Below the pieces are notes generated by a model, which was not told where the DNA came from, did no database searches, and saw nothing but the letters and a program-made list of their open reading frames with translations. Position numbers and translations under genes: made by a program. From contig JBBITT010000001.1 of the NCBI GenBank assembly GCA_037440625.1, positions 133,913 through 197,912 on the forward strand: DNA of 64,000 nucleotides. Direction: 5' to 3'. The DNA is from Chloroflexota bacterium (GTDB taxonomy: Bacteria > Chloroflexota > Anaerolineae > UBA4142). This document shows, one piece after another, positions 42,142-52,343 of this stretch (its first letter is position 1; each line of letters begins with the position of its first letter).

Positions 42142-43495
42142 TTCGATAAGACTCTTTGGCACGGATGGCATTCGCGGCATCGCGAATCAATTTCCTTTAA
42201 CGCCCGAGTTTGTCACGCACATCGGTTGTGCGATTGGCGCGGTGCTGGGGCACGATAGCAAACATCCGCTCGCTTTGATCGGACGCGACACGCGGCGGAG
42301 TGGCACAATGATCGAAAACGCGCTTGCCGCTGGTTTGATGGCGCAAGGATTCGATACGTTGCATCTGGGAGTCATCACTACGCCCGGCATCGCGTATCTC
42401 ACGCGCACGCTGGGTGCCCGGTGCGGGATTTCGATTTCGGCGTCGCATAATCCCTTCGATTACAATGGCATCAAAGTGTTTGGCAGCGATGGATTCAAAA
42501 TTCCGGACGAGGCGGAAATCGAAATTGAACGCTTGGCGTGCGCGCGACGTGACGACCAAGCGCATCACGCCATCGGTTCGATTGGGCAACGCCGCGATAA
42601 CGTCGCCCAAGTCAATGCTTATCTCGATTTTCTGCTGAACACGGTTGGGCATCAACCGATTCTACGCGGCAAGCGCGTGGTCTTGGATTGCAATCACGGC
42701 GCAACTTTCGATCTTGCGCCGCGTGTCCTGCGCGAACTGGGCGCAGAGATTATCGCTTTGAATGTTCAACCCGATGGCATCAACATCAATCATGGTTACG
42801 ACGCCCTCGAACCCAAGTTATTGCGCGACGTTGTTTTGCGTGAACACGCCGATTGGGGCGTCCAATTTGATGGAGATGGCGACCGGGCGGTGTTTGTGGA
42901 TGCGCGGGGCAACTACGTGGACGGCGATTTTGTGCTGGCGATTCTCGCGCGGGATTTGCAAGCGCGCGGCAAACTCAACGGCAGTGTCGTTGTGTCCACC
43001 GTGATGGCGAACATCGGGTTGGAAAAATCGCTTAACGCCATTGGTGTAACGCTGGAACGTACGGCGGTCGGAGATCGTTGGGTAACCGAGCGAATGCGTG
43101 CACTCGACGCTGTGATCGGCGGCGAACAATCGGGCCATATCGTCTTGTTTGATGGCGGACACACGACCGGCGATGGCATTTACACGGCGGTGCGTTTAGC
43201 AGAGGTGATCGCACGTTCCCCACAATCGTTGGCAGAATTGGCGACGTGTATGACGCGCTATCCGCAAGTGTTGATTAATGTGCGCGTGCCACGCAAACCG
43301 CCCTTTGAACAATTTCCAACGATTCAGGCGCAGATCGAAAAATCGCGTGCGGTGCTGGGTGAGCGTGCCCGCATTTTGCTTCGCTATTCTGGCACAGAAA
43401 ATCTCGCCCGTGTGATGATCGAAGGCACGGATGCAGCGAGCATCGAGCGCGAAGCGAACGCCATTGCGGCGGTGATCCAAGCAACGATTACGTGA
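42134..43495 (+). CDS. glmM: Phosphoglucosamine mutase
   Basis: LFGTDGIRG, active-site SASHNP, DGDGDR and GGEQSGH. Confidence 0.9.
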   Translation: MSDSIRLFGTDGIRGIANQFPLTPEFVTHIGCAIGAVLGHDSKHPLALIGRDTRRSGTMIENALAAGLMAQGFDTLHLGVITTPGIAYLTRTLGARCGISISASHNPFDYNGIKVFGSDGFKIPDEAEIEIERLACARRDDQAHHAIGSIGQRRDNVAQVNAYLDFLLNTVGHQPILRGKRVVLDCNHGATFDLAPRVLRELGAEIIALNVQPDGININHGYDALEPKLLRDVVLREHADWGVQFDGDGDRAVFVDARGNYVDGDFVLAILARDLQARGKLNGSVVVSTVMANIGLEKSLNAIGVTLERTAVGDRWVTERMRALDAVIGGEQSGHIVLFDGGHTTGDGIYTAVRLAEVIARSPQSLAELATCMTRYPQVLINVRVPRKPPFEQFPTIQAQIEKSRAVLGERARILLRYSGTENLARVMIEGTDAASIEREANAIAAVIQATIT

Positions 43496-43575
43496 GCAAT
43501 GAACCAAATGAACAAATGACAAATGGTTTGGCTCATTGGCACATTGGGCAATTGGCTCATTCATTCGAGGGGAAA

Positions 43576-44997
43576 ATGCTGACAAAGATTGTCTTTGGTA
43601 CCGATGGTTGGCGCGGAATTATCGCCGAAGATTACACATTTGAAAATGTCCGGCGTTGTGCGCAAGGGATGGCACACTATCTCATCGCAACGAATCAAAC
43701 GGCGCGCGGCTTGGTCGTTGGCTATGACACACGTTTTGAAGCCGAACTTTTTGCCCAAGCGGTCGCCGAAGTGATCGCCGCGCATAACATCAAAGTGTAC
43801 TTGGTGGATCGCCCCACGCCCACGCCGGTGATTTCATTTGCGATTCTCGATAAAAAAGCGCACGGGGCGGTCAATCTCACTTCATCGCACAACCCGCCAA
43901 TTTGGGGCGGCTTTAAGGTGCGCGCCGATTACGCCGGCGCGATTGCCCCCGAAGGATTGAAACAGATCGAAGCGTTGATTCCTCCGCCGGATCAAATCAA
44001 ACGAATACCGTTTGCCGAGGCGCAAGCCAGGGGTCTCGTCGAAATCTTTGATCCCAAGCCCGCCTTTTTGAAACAACTCGATAAACTCGTAGATCTGAAA
44101 CCATTGCGCCAAGCCGGCTTGACCGTCGCCGTAGATTCAATGTGGGGCGCCGGCATGGGCTGGTTCAAAAGTTTACTTGCCGGCGGGACCACGCGCGTCG
44201 TCGAAATTCACGATCATCGCAATCCGGCATTTCCGGAGATGAACAACCCGGAACCGATCCCACCGAACGTGAATGGCTTGATGGAACTGGTCAAGCGCGA
44301 GCAGGCGCACATCGGCATTGCAACCGATGGCGATGCCGATCGCATTGGCGGTTCGACCGAACAAGGCGTGTTCATCAACCAATTACAAATGTATGCGCTG
44401 CTGGCTCTCTATTTGCTCGAGGTGCGCGGACTGCGGGGCGGCATTGTCAAAACCTTGAACACCACTTCGATGCTAGACAAGTTGGGCAAGTTGTTCAACG
44501 TGCCGGTGTACGAAACGGGCGTGGGATTCAAATACGTGGCGCCCAAGATTTTGGAAACCAACGCGCTCATCGGCGGCGAAGAATCCGGCGGCTATGCCTT
44601 TCGCGGGCACATTCCAGAACGCGATGGGATTGTGGCGGGCTTGTACTTGCTCGATTTTGTGGTGCAGACTGGCAAGACCCCTTCCCAACTCCTTGATCAT
44701 CTTTTTGAATTGGTGGGTCCGCATTACTATGAACGGATTGACACCGATTTTCCGGAAGAACAGCGTGGCGCAATTCTGGCGCGTCTGCAATCCGCCACCC
44801 CCAGTACGATTGCCGGGTTCAAAGTGACCGGCATCAACACCATGGACGGGTTCAAATATTTGCTGGAGGATAGGGGTTGGTTGTGCATTCGTTTCTCGGG
44901 CACGGAACCCATTATGCGCTTTTACGTCGAAACCACTCAAGAAAGCAAACGGCGCGATATTCTCGACGCGGGTTTGAAACTTGCCGGATTAAAGTAA
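43576..44997 (+). CDS. Alpha-D-phosphohexomutase (phosphomannomutase/phosphoglucomutase family)
   Basis: FGTDGWRG, TSSHNP, DGDADR and GGEESGG. ATG at 43576 has a GAGGGG RBS. Confidence 0.8.
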   Translation: MLTKIVFGTDGWRGIIAEDYTFENVRRCAQGMAHYLIATNQTARGLVVGYDTRFEAELFAQAVAEVIAAHNIKVYLVDRPTPTPVISFAILDKKAHGAVNLTSSHNPPIWGGFKVRADYAGAIAPEGLKQIEALIPPPDQIKRIPFAEAQARGLVEIFDPKPAFLKQLDKLVDLKPLRQAGLTVAVDSMWGAGMGWFKSLLAGGTTRVVEIHDHRNPAFPEMNNPEPIPPNVNGLMELVKREQAHIGIATDGDADRIGGSTEQGVFINQLQMYALLALYLLEVRGLRGGIVKTLNTTSMLDKLGKLFNVPVYETGVGFKYVAPKILETNALIGGEESGGYAFRGHIPERDGIVAGLYLLDFVVQTGKTPSQLLDHLFELVGPHYYERIDTDFPEEQRGAILARLQSATPSTIAGFKVTGINTMDGFKYLLEDRGWLCIRFSGTEPIMRFYVETTQESKRRDILDAGLKLAGLK

Positions 44998-44998
44998 A

Positions 44999-45847
44999 AT
45001 GGCTTTGGTCAGAATTGTTACCGATAGTTTAGCGGATATTCCTCTATCGCTCATGAAGGGTTTGGATATTAGTATCGTCCCGTGCGTGCTTCACTTTGGC
45101 GACAAGAGTTATCGCGACAAGATGGATTTGACGATGGCGGAGTTTTATCGGTTGTTGTACGCGAGCCCCAAGCCACCGACAACTTCAACGCCTTCGATGG
45201 GTACGTTTGAGGAGGTGTTTCGCAAACTCGCGCAGACCACGAATCAAATTGTATCCATTCATGTCTCGAGCAAGTTGAGCGGCACGTGGAACACGGCGCG
45301 GCTGGCGGCGCAAAACGTGATGAACGAATTGCCGGTCGAGATTGCCGTGCTGGATTCTCAGCAACTCTCAATGGCACAAGGATGGCAGGTGATTCTCGCC
45401 GCGCGAATGGCGGCACAGGGACATACGCTCGCCGAAATCACCCCAGCTGTTGAAGCCGCACGCGAACGCGCTCAGATTGTTGCAATGCTCGATACCTTGG
45501 AATATGCGCAACGCAGCGGCCGCTTGGGCAAGTCCGCCAGCAAAATCGGTTCCATGCTCAACGTCAAGCCACTCCTTTCACTCACGCGCGGCGAGGTAGT
45601 GCCGATTGGTGCGGCGCGCACGCAACACAGTGCGTTGGAACGCCTGACCGAGATAGCGGTCGAAAAAGGATTGAGCCGCGAAGTGGCAATTGTTCATTGC
45701 TACGCCGATGTCTTGGCGCGTCGGTTGAAACTCTTGTTGATGGAGCATATCCCCGAAGAGCATATCACGGTTACCGAAACGGGGGTGGTCTCTGGCGCGC
45801 ATGTGGGACCCGGGACCATTTGTATCGCCTGGCTCACGGAAAACTGA
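44999..45847 (+). CDS. DegV family fatty-acid-binding protein (copy 1)
   Basis: IVTDSLADIP, TTSTPSMG, HVSSKLSGT and AHVGPGT. Confidence 0.85.
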   Translation: MALVRIVTDSLADIPLSLMKGLDISIVPCVLHFGDKSYRDKMDLTMAEFYRLLYASPKPPTTSTPSMGTFEEVFRKLAQTTNQIVSIHVSSKLSGTWNTARLAAQNVMNELPVEIAVLDSQQLSMAQGWQVILAARMAAQGHTLAEITPAVEAARERAQIVAMLDTLEYAQRSGRLGKSASKIGSMLNVKPLLSLTRGEVVPIGAARTQHSALERLTEIAVEKGLSREVAIVHCYADVLARRLKLLLMEHIPEEHITVTETGVVSGAHVGPGTICIAWLTEN

Positions 45848-46611
45848 TGTGGATTGATGTACACTGTCATCTCGACGATGAACAATTTGCCGGCGATCTC
45901 GATGACGTGATGGCGCGCGCAGAGGCGGCGCGTGTTCAAGCCATCATCACCGCAGGCACGAATGTGATGTCCAGCCGGGTCAGCATCGCGTTGGCGGAAC
46001 GATACCCGATGGTTTATGCGGTAGTGGGAATTCATCCGCAACATGCAGACACGTGGAACGCCGAAACACATGCGGCAATCCGCGACCTTGCTGTGCATCG
46101 TAAAGTAGTGGGGATTGGTGAAATCGGTTTAGATTTCTATTGGTCGAACAATCCACCGCGCGCGGTGCAAGAAAAAGTGTTGATCGCCCAACTTGATTTG
46201 GCAGCCGAACTGGGCAAACCGGTCGTCATTCACAATCGTAATGCCGATGCTGCATTGATGGAAATCCTGCGGCGTTGCAAAGGCAAGCCACGTGGCATTC
46301 TGCATTGTTTTGCTGGCAATCTGGCGATGGCGCGCCAAGCCATCGAACTGGGGTTTTATATTTCGCTGGCGGGCAATGTAACCTTCAAAAACGCTGCTGC
46401 GTTGCAAACCATCGCTGCGGCACTGCCCTTGGATCGAATGACCTTGGAAACCGATGCACCGTACTTGTCGCCGGCGCGCGGTCAACGCAACGAGCCGGCG
46501 AATGTTGCCCGCATCGGTGAAAAATTAGCCAACTTGAAATCGAGCGATCAATCAAGCATCGCTAACGCTACGACCCGGAACAGTCTTGCCCTGTTCGGTC
46601 TGGATAAGTGA
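45847..46611 (+). CDS. TatD family metal-dependent hydrolase
   Basis: MWIDVHCHLDD, GEIGLDFYW, VIHNRNA, LHCFAG and ETDAPYL. The start overlaps the DegV stop (TGATG). Confidence 0.85.
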   Translation: MWIDVHCHLDDEQFAGDLDDVMARAEAARVQAIITAGTNVMSSRVSIALAERYPMVYAVVGIHPQHADTWNAETHAAIRDLAVHRKVVGIGEIGLDFYWSNNPPRAVQEKVLIAQLDLAAELGKPVVIHNRNADAALMEILRRCKGKPRGILHCFAGNLAMARQAIELGFYISLAGNVTFKNAAALQTIAAALPLDRMTLETDAPYLSPARGQRNEPANVARIGEKLANLKSSDQSSIANATTRNSLALFGLDK

Positions 46612-46617
46612 GGACTT

Positions 46618-47568
46618 TTGAGTACGAATTCTATTTTCGCGCCCATTCAAACCGAATTGCAGTTGGTGGAGGCGCGCCTGCGCGAATCGGTACGCATTGA
46701 ATTTGCACCGTTGATGGATGTCTTTGAAATATTGATTGGCAGTGGCGGCAAACGCTTTCGCCCGGCACTAGCGATTCTTGCCAGCAAATTTCATCCCGCC
46801 GATCCCGATAAAGTGATCACGCTGGCTGTCGCGACCGAATTGACGCACGCAGCCACCTTGATTCACGACGATTTGATCGATAAATCGCCGGTGCGGCGTG
46901 GAAGTCCCACCATCAATTCACGTTGGAGTGGTACTGCGACTGTCCTGGCAGGCGATTTTTTGCTGGCCCGCGCGGCGGATATTGCGGCGAGTATTGACGA
47001 TTTGCGCGTGATGAAAATCTTTGCGCGCACACTGATGGTCATTTGCGAAGGTGAGATTCGCCAGGATTTTGCCGGCTCCCATTGGCCCCCCAATCGCATC
47101 GAGTACTATCGCCACATTGAAAGCAAGACCGCCTCGCTCTTTGCCGCCGCCACGGAAGGCGGTGCCATCTTGAGCCGCGCCACCGAAGAGGAAATTGCGG
47201 CGATGCGTGCCTACGGACTCAATCTGGGAATGGCATTCCAAATTGTGGATGATATCCTTGATTTCACCGCCGATCAATCCAATCTGGGTAAGCCAGTGGG
47301 GAGTGATTTGCGCCAAGGAACGTACACCCTGCCGGTGTTTTATTACCTGGAGCGCAATGGACAAATGGCACCCACCGCCGAATTGCTCAAGTCAAACATT
47401 GACGAATTGATTCAAGCCATTCGCACCTCCCCGGCGATTGCGGATGCCAAAGCCGAAGCACGCCAGTTCGCGCAAAAAGCCCAAGACGCGCTCGCGATCT
47501 TTCCGGATAATGTTTATCGTCGCACAATGATCAACCTCGCCGACTATGTCATTGAACGTTCGCTATAA
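46618..47568 (+). CDS. Long-chain polyprenyl diphosphate synthase
   Basis: Motifs LIHDDLIDKSPVRRG and FQIVDDILDF. TTG start with GTGAGGA RBS. Confidence 0.8.
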   Translation: MSTNSIFAPIQTELQLVEARLRESVRIEFAPLMDVFEILIGSGGKRFRPALAILASKFHPADPDKVITLAVATELTHAATLIHDDLIDKSPVRRGSPTINSRWSGTATVLAGDFLLARAADIAASIDDLRVMKIFARTLMVICEGEIRQDFAGSHWPPNRIEYYRHIESKTASLFAAATEGGAILSRATEEEIAAMRAYGLNLGMAFQIVDDILDFTADQSNLGKPVGSDLRQGTYTLPVFYYLERNGQMAPTAELLKSNIDELIQAIRTSPAIADAKAEARQFAQKAQDALAIFPDNVYRRTMINLADYVIERSL

Positions 47569-47572
47569 CCCG

Positions 47573-48529
47573 ATGGACATTTCGATTATCATCATCAGTT
47601 GGAATGTGCGCGATCTGCTTCGCAAGTGCCTCACGTCGGTTTCCAGGTCCAAGTTTCAGGTTACAGGTTCGGATAACGTGAAACCGGAAACCATCCAACT
47701 TGAAACTATCGTCGTGGACAATGCCTCGTCGGATGGGACAGTCGAAATGCTCCGCGCGGAATTGCCAGACGTGCGCGTGATTGCCAACCCAGAAAACGTT
47801 GGCTTTACGCGTGCGAACAATCAAGCCCTCGCCGTTGCGCAAGGGCGTTATTTTTTTCTACTCAATCCCGATACGGAACTGCATCCCGGCGCGCTGCAAA
47901 CGCTGTACGATTACGCGGAAGCGCATCCACACGTCGGCATCCTTGGGCCCCAACTGTTCTATGGCAATGGTACGCCTCAATCTTCGCGCCGTCGTTTTCC
48001 CACGCTGGCAACCGCCTTCCTCGAATCCACCAAACTCCAGCAATGGTTTCCACGCAATCGGGCACTCGTGCGCTACTATATGCTTGATACGCCCGACGAC
48101 GCGACGCAAGAGGTGGACTGGATTACCGGCGCGGCAATGTTCGTTCGGCGCGCGGTGTACGAACAGATCGGCGGACTCGACGAAGGATTCTTTATGTACT
48201 CGGAAGAACTCGATTGGTGCTATCGCGCCAAGCACGCCGGCTGGCGCATCGTTTATTTGCCGACCGCGCGCGTGATTCACTATGAAGGTAAATCGTCGGA
48301 GCAAGTCGTTGCCCAGCGCGACATTTATTTTCATTCGAGCAAGGTGCGCTTTTTCCGCAAGACGCGCGGTGCGTTCATCGCAGAAATGTTGCGTACGTTC
48401 TTGCTCGCAATGTTTGCGTACCAAATCATCGAGGAATCGGCAAAATGGTTGGTGGGGCACAAGCGCGCATTGCGGGTACAGCGGGTGAAGGCGTATTGGC
48501 AAGTTTTGCAATCTCGATTAGAAGGTTGA
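47573..48529 (+). CDS. Family 2 glycosyltransferase
   Basis: ISIIIISWN, VVDNASSDGT, NVGFTRANN and LNPD. ATG lies 5 nt after the upstream stop. Confidence 0.8.
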   Translation: MDISIIIISWNVRDLLRKCLTSVSRSKFQVTGSDNVKPETIQLETIVVDNASSDGTVEMLRAELPDVRVIANPENVGFTRANNQALAVAQGRYFFLLNPDTELHPGALQTLYDYAEAHPHVGILGPQLFYGNGTPQSSRRRFPTLATAFLESTKLQQWFPRNRALVRYYMLDTPDDATQEVDWITGAAMFVRRAVYEQIGGLDEGFFMYSEELDWCYRAKHAGWRIVYLPTARVIHYEGKSSEQVVAQRDIYFHSSKVRFFRKTRGAFIAEMLRTFLLAMFAYQIIEESAKWLVGHKRALRVQRVKAYWQVLQSRLEG

Positions 48530-48538
48530 CCAATAATC

Positions 48539-49708
48539 ATGCGCATCCTCTTTATCACCGGCGAATTTCCGCCAATGCAAGGCGGCGTGGGCGATTGCAC
48601 GAATGAGATCGCCAAAGGACTCGCCGCGCGTGGCGCCGACGTGGGCGTCCTGACGAGTGCCAAAGCCGCCACGCCTCACACCTCACGCCTCACGGTTCTT
48701 CCTCTCATCGAACGCTGGGACTGGTCGAGCCATCGCGTCCTCGCGCGGGTCCTGCACGAGTTTGCGCCGCACATCGCGCACATTCAATATCAAACCGGCG
48801 CGTTCGCGATGCACCCCGCCATCAATTTTGCGCCGCGTCGGCTCAAATCACACACAACAAAATTTGTGACGACGTTTCACGATTTGCGCGTGCCGTACCT
48901 CTTTCCCAAAGCCGGGCGCATCCGCAATTGGGTCACGCACGAACTCGCGCGCTCTAGCGATGCCGTCATCGCCACCAACGACGAAGACTATCTAAAACTT
49001 GAAAACGGTAACCTGAAACTTTTAACTTTAATCCCCATCGGCTCGAATATCCCAATCACCCAGCCCCCGAATTACCAAAGAGACACGTGGCGCGCGCAAC
49101 TGGGTGTACGCGACAATGAAACGTTGTTGTGCTATTTTGGCTTTCTCAACGAAAGCAAAGGTGGCGAGACACTCATCCGCGCGCTCGCACTCATTCCCAA
49201 CGCCAAACTCGTGATGATCGGCGGCAAGGTCGGGGCGAGCGATCCCACCAATGCCATCTACCTTTCCAAAATCGAATCGCTAATCTCCAATCTCCATCTG
49301 ACCGACCGCGTGCTGTGGACCGATTACACCCCACCGGAGATCGTCACTGCGAATTTTTATGCGTCCGATGTGTGCGTGTTGCCGTACCGCGACGGCGCAT
49401 CGTATCGGCGGGGGACGTTGATGGCGGCGCTGGCGCACGGGTGCGCGATTGTAACGACAGTGGGCAGTCGGCAGTTGGCGGTTCGCCGTTGGCAATTGCC
49501 GCTGTTACGCGATGGGGAAAACTGTCTACTCGTGCCGCCGGATGATCCGCGCGCGCTCGCGGACGCGATTCAACGCGCCATCGCATCGCCGGAACTGCGC
49601 GCGAAAATCGGTGCGGGCGCGCGCGCATTGGCACAACATTTCACGTGGGACCAGATTGCGCAACGACATTTGGAACTGTATCGGCGAATAGCGCGTAGCG
49701 AATTATAA
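48539..49708 (+). CDS. GT4-family (GT-B) glycosyltransferase
   Basis: MRILFITGEFPPMQGGVGD, then E-x7-E-type C-terminal region PYRDGASYRRGTLMAALAHG. Confidence 0.75.
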   Translation: MRILFITGEFPPMQGGVGDCTNEIAKGLAARGADVGVLTSAKAATPHTSRLTVLPLIERWDWSSHRVLARVLHEFAPHIAHIQYQTGAFAMHPAINFAPRRLKSHTTKFVTTFHDLRVPYLFPKAGRIRNWVTHELARSSDAVIATNDEDYLKLENGNLKLLTLIPIGSNIPITQPPNYQRDTWRAQLGVRDNETLLCYFGFLNESKGGETLIRALALIPNAKLVMIGGKVGASDPTNAIYLSKIESLISNLHLTDRVLWTDYTPPEIVTANFYASDVCVLPYRDGASYRRGTLMAALAHGCAIVTTVGSRQLAVRRWQLPLLRDGENCLLVPPDDPRALADAIQRAIASPELRAKIGAGARALAQHFTWDQIAQRHLELYRRIARSEL

Positions 49709-49768
49709 AGTGCGCTTTCCGTTTTACTTTTTCCGCTTTACGATTTATAATACAAATGTTCCAATCCT

Positions 49769-52210
49769 ATGGCTACTCGTAAACCGCGCGCGACCACCAA
49801 ATCGAAAGAAAAAGAACCGCCCAAGCCCGCCAAGCCGGCATTCCGCCTCGATCCGGATCGCATCGAAGAAATTATTGCGATTCTGGTCATCATTCTCGCG
49901 GTGCTGACTGCTTTGGGCGCGCTCAATCTTAGCGGAGGGTTTCTGCTGAGTGCGTGGACGCAACTGCTTCAAGCCCTCCTCGGTTGGGGGGTGTACTTTG
50001 CGCCGCTCTTGTTGCTGGGCTTGGGCATCTGGCTCATCCTCGACGCCCTCGACCAAACCTGGACGATTGGCTGGGAACGTCCGATGGCGATTGGGTTGCT
50101 GTACGTGATTCTGCTGGGTGTGTTGCACACCATCGCCCGGTTCGACGATTTGTTGCGTCCCCCGGATGCGTTTCAAGGCGGCGGCTATCTGGGTTTTATG
50201 ATCGCCGCGCTGGTCATCAACGCGTTCGGCGAAATTGGGGCATTCCTCGCGCTCATTGCCTTGACCGGCATCGCCTTGATTTTGCTCTTTAATATCTCCT
50301 TGCCCGAACTCGGCCGCCGCCTCGTTTATCTCGCACGCATCATTCGCCACTTGCCTCAAGAACTCGAACAATTCCGTCATCCCGCGCGCGCCCCCATCGA
50401 ACCGCCGCCAATGCCGCTGATCAATGTGCCACGGACTAGTGCACCCAAGGCATCGCCTAAACCGAGCGTTGAAAAACCGGCGCGCCCAGAACCGCCGCCC
50501 GTGCCGCGCCTCATCGAAGAAGAGGAGGAGCCGGAGTTTCCACCCTTGCCGCAGGGTCCGGTTTCCGCGCGCATCATTGGCGGCGCCAGTCGTCCTGTGG
50601 CGACGCCGGTGATTCAGCGAGAATGGCGATTGCCGGATTGGCAAACGATGTTGGAAGAAAGCGCGGAATCGGAGATCAATCAAAAAGAAATCCGCGAGCG
50701 GGTCCACAAGATCGAAGAGACGTTGGCGCATTTCGGCGTGCCCGCCAAAGTGTTGGAGGTCAACCAAGGTCCTACGATCACCCAGTTTGGGGTGGAGCCG
50801 GGCTTTGTGGAACAAAAGGGTCCCGATGGGCGCGTGCATCGCGTCAAAGTCAAGGTGAGCCGCATCAGTGCGTTGCAACACGATTTGGAACTTGCGCTTG
50901 CCGCCGCGCCCATTCGCATCGAAGCCCCCATTCCCGGCAAGAGTATGGTGGGCATCGAAGTCCCCAACTCGCAGATTGCCGTGGTGAGTCTGCGCGGCGT
51001 GATGGAATCGGACGAGTTTCATAAAATCAAGGCGAAATCCAAACTGGCGATTGCGTTGGGGCAAGACGTGGCGGGGCAACCGATGGTGGATGATCTTGCC
51101 AAAATGCCGCACTTGCTCATCGCGGGTGCGACCGGTTCCGGGAAATCGGTTTCGGTCAATGCGATTATTGCGTGTTTGCTCTGTACCACCACACCCAGCG
51201 AAGTGCAGTTTGTGATGATTGATCCCAAGCGGGTCGAGTTGGTCAACTTTAATGGCATTCCGCATCTGCGCGAGCCGGTCGTGGTCGAAATGGATCAAGC
51301 GGTTGCTGTGTTGCAACAAGTGGTGAGCGAAATGGATCGCCGCTTTAAGGTGTTTGCCCAACAGGGGGCGCGCAATATTGACATTTACAATCATATGATT
51401 GAAGGCAAAGCGGATGCAGAACGCTTGCCCTTTCTCATCGTCATTGTGGACGAGTTGGCAGACTTGATGATGATCTCGCCGGACGAAGTGGAAAAGGCGA
51501 TCACGCGTTTGGCGCAGATGGCACGCGCGACCGGGATTCATCTGATTCTCGCCACGCAACGCCCCTCGGTGGATGTGGTCACGGGCCTCATCAAAGCCAA
51601 CTTTCCGTCGCGGATTTCGTTTGCGGTAACCAGCCAAGTAGATTCGCGTGTGGTGTTGGATACGCCTGGCGCGGAGAAATTGCTCGGGCGCGGCGATATG
51701 TTGTATATGGCGAGTGATTCATCCAAGTTGGTACGCTTGCAAGGATGTTTTGTCTCCGATCGGGAATTGGAAAGATTGGTGGCGTACTGGAAAGAAGCCG
51801 CCCCGCCGCCAGTGTCCGACACGACCGGCAAAGAACCTCTATCCGAAAGCGATTACATCCAAGCGACATTTCTCGAGAATGGCGTATCCCAAAAAGACGC
51901 GTTGGAAGATGACTTGTTGCCCGAAGCGATTGAGGTGGTGCAACAAAGTAAACGTGCTTCGGTATCCTTGTTGCAACGCAAATTAAAAGTGGGCTATTCG
52001 CGCGCGGCGCGTTTGATCGAGTTGTTGGAAGAAAAGGGTTACGTGGGACCCGATGAAGGACCGACCAAAGGGCGCGCGGTGTTGATCAAACCCGATGCAC
52101 CCAAGTTACCGGGCACCAAGACTAGTCCCGCACCCGCGCATCGTGAATTTGCCGAAGACGATTTTGCGGATTGGACGGAAGAAGATTGGGAGGATTTAGA
52201 TAAAGAGTAA
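49769..52210 (+). CDS. ftsK: DNA translocase FtsK
   Basis: 4 N-terminal TM helices and a P/E-rich linker. HLLIAGATGSGKS, IVIVDELADLMM, ATQRPSVDV and the gamma domain SVSLLQRKLKVGYSRAARLIELLE. Confidence 0.9.
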   Translation: MATRKPRATTKSKEKEPPKPAKPAFRLDPDRIEEIIAILVIILAVLTALGALNLSGGFLLSAWTQLLQALLGWGVYFAPLLLLGLGIWLILDALDQTWTIGWERPMAIGLLYVILLGVLHTIARFDDLLRPPDAFQGGGYLGFMIAALVINAFGEIGAFLALIALTGIALILLFNISLPELGRRLVYLARIIRHLPQELEQFRHPARAPIEPPPMPLINVPRTSAPKASPKPSVEKPARPEPPPVPRLIEEEEEPEFPPLPQGPVSARIIGGASRPVATPVIQREWRLPDWQTMLEESAESEINQKEIRERVHKIEETLAHFGVPAKVLEVNQGPTITQFGVEPGFVEQKGPDGRVHRVKVKVSRISALQHDLELALAAAPIRIEAPIPGKSMVGIEVPNSQIAVVSLRGVMESDEFHKIKAKSKLAIALGQDVAGQPMVDDLAKMPHLLIAGATGSGKSVSVNAIIACLLCTTTPSEVQFVMIDPKRVELVNFNGIPHLREPVVVEMDQAVAVLQQVVSEMDRRFKVFAQQGARNIDIYNHMIEGKADAERLPFLIVIVDELADLMMISPDEVEKAITRLAQMARATGIHLILATQRPSVDVVTGLIKANFPSRISFAVTSQVDSRVVLDTPGAEKLLGRGDMLYMASDSSKLVRLQGCFVSDRELERLVAYWKEAAPPPVSDTTGKEPLSESDYIQATFLENGVSQKDALEDDLLPEAIEVVQQSKRASVSLLQRKLKVGYSRAARLIELLEEKGYVGPDEGPTKGRAVLIKPDAPKLPGTKTSPAPAHREFAEDDFADWTEEDWEDLDKE

Positions 52211-52260
52211 TTTTGTTCAATTTGATTTTTGTGCTATAGTTATTACCAGTGATTCAAATG

Positions 52261-52330
52261 ACCGCAGAGGCGCGGACCATCGTGCACAGGGTTGTGCATG
52301 ATCCAGACGATACTCTGCGGTTTGCTTTTG
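52261..52330 (+). terminator. Possible ftsK terminator (long-loop hairpin plus T-rich tail)
   Basis: ACCGCAGAG/CTCTGCGGT 9-bp stem enclosing the TGCACA/TGTGCA stem, then TTGCTTTTG. Confidence 0.35.
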
Positions 52331-52343
52331 CAAAGAAAGGAGA

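Noticed and set aside
49745-51637. 630-aa ORF on the minus strand
   Set aside because: It lies entirely antisense to the well-supported ftsK gene. Composition is R/H/G/F-rich with low complexity and no motifs. This is the typical shadow ORF of a GC-biased coding region.
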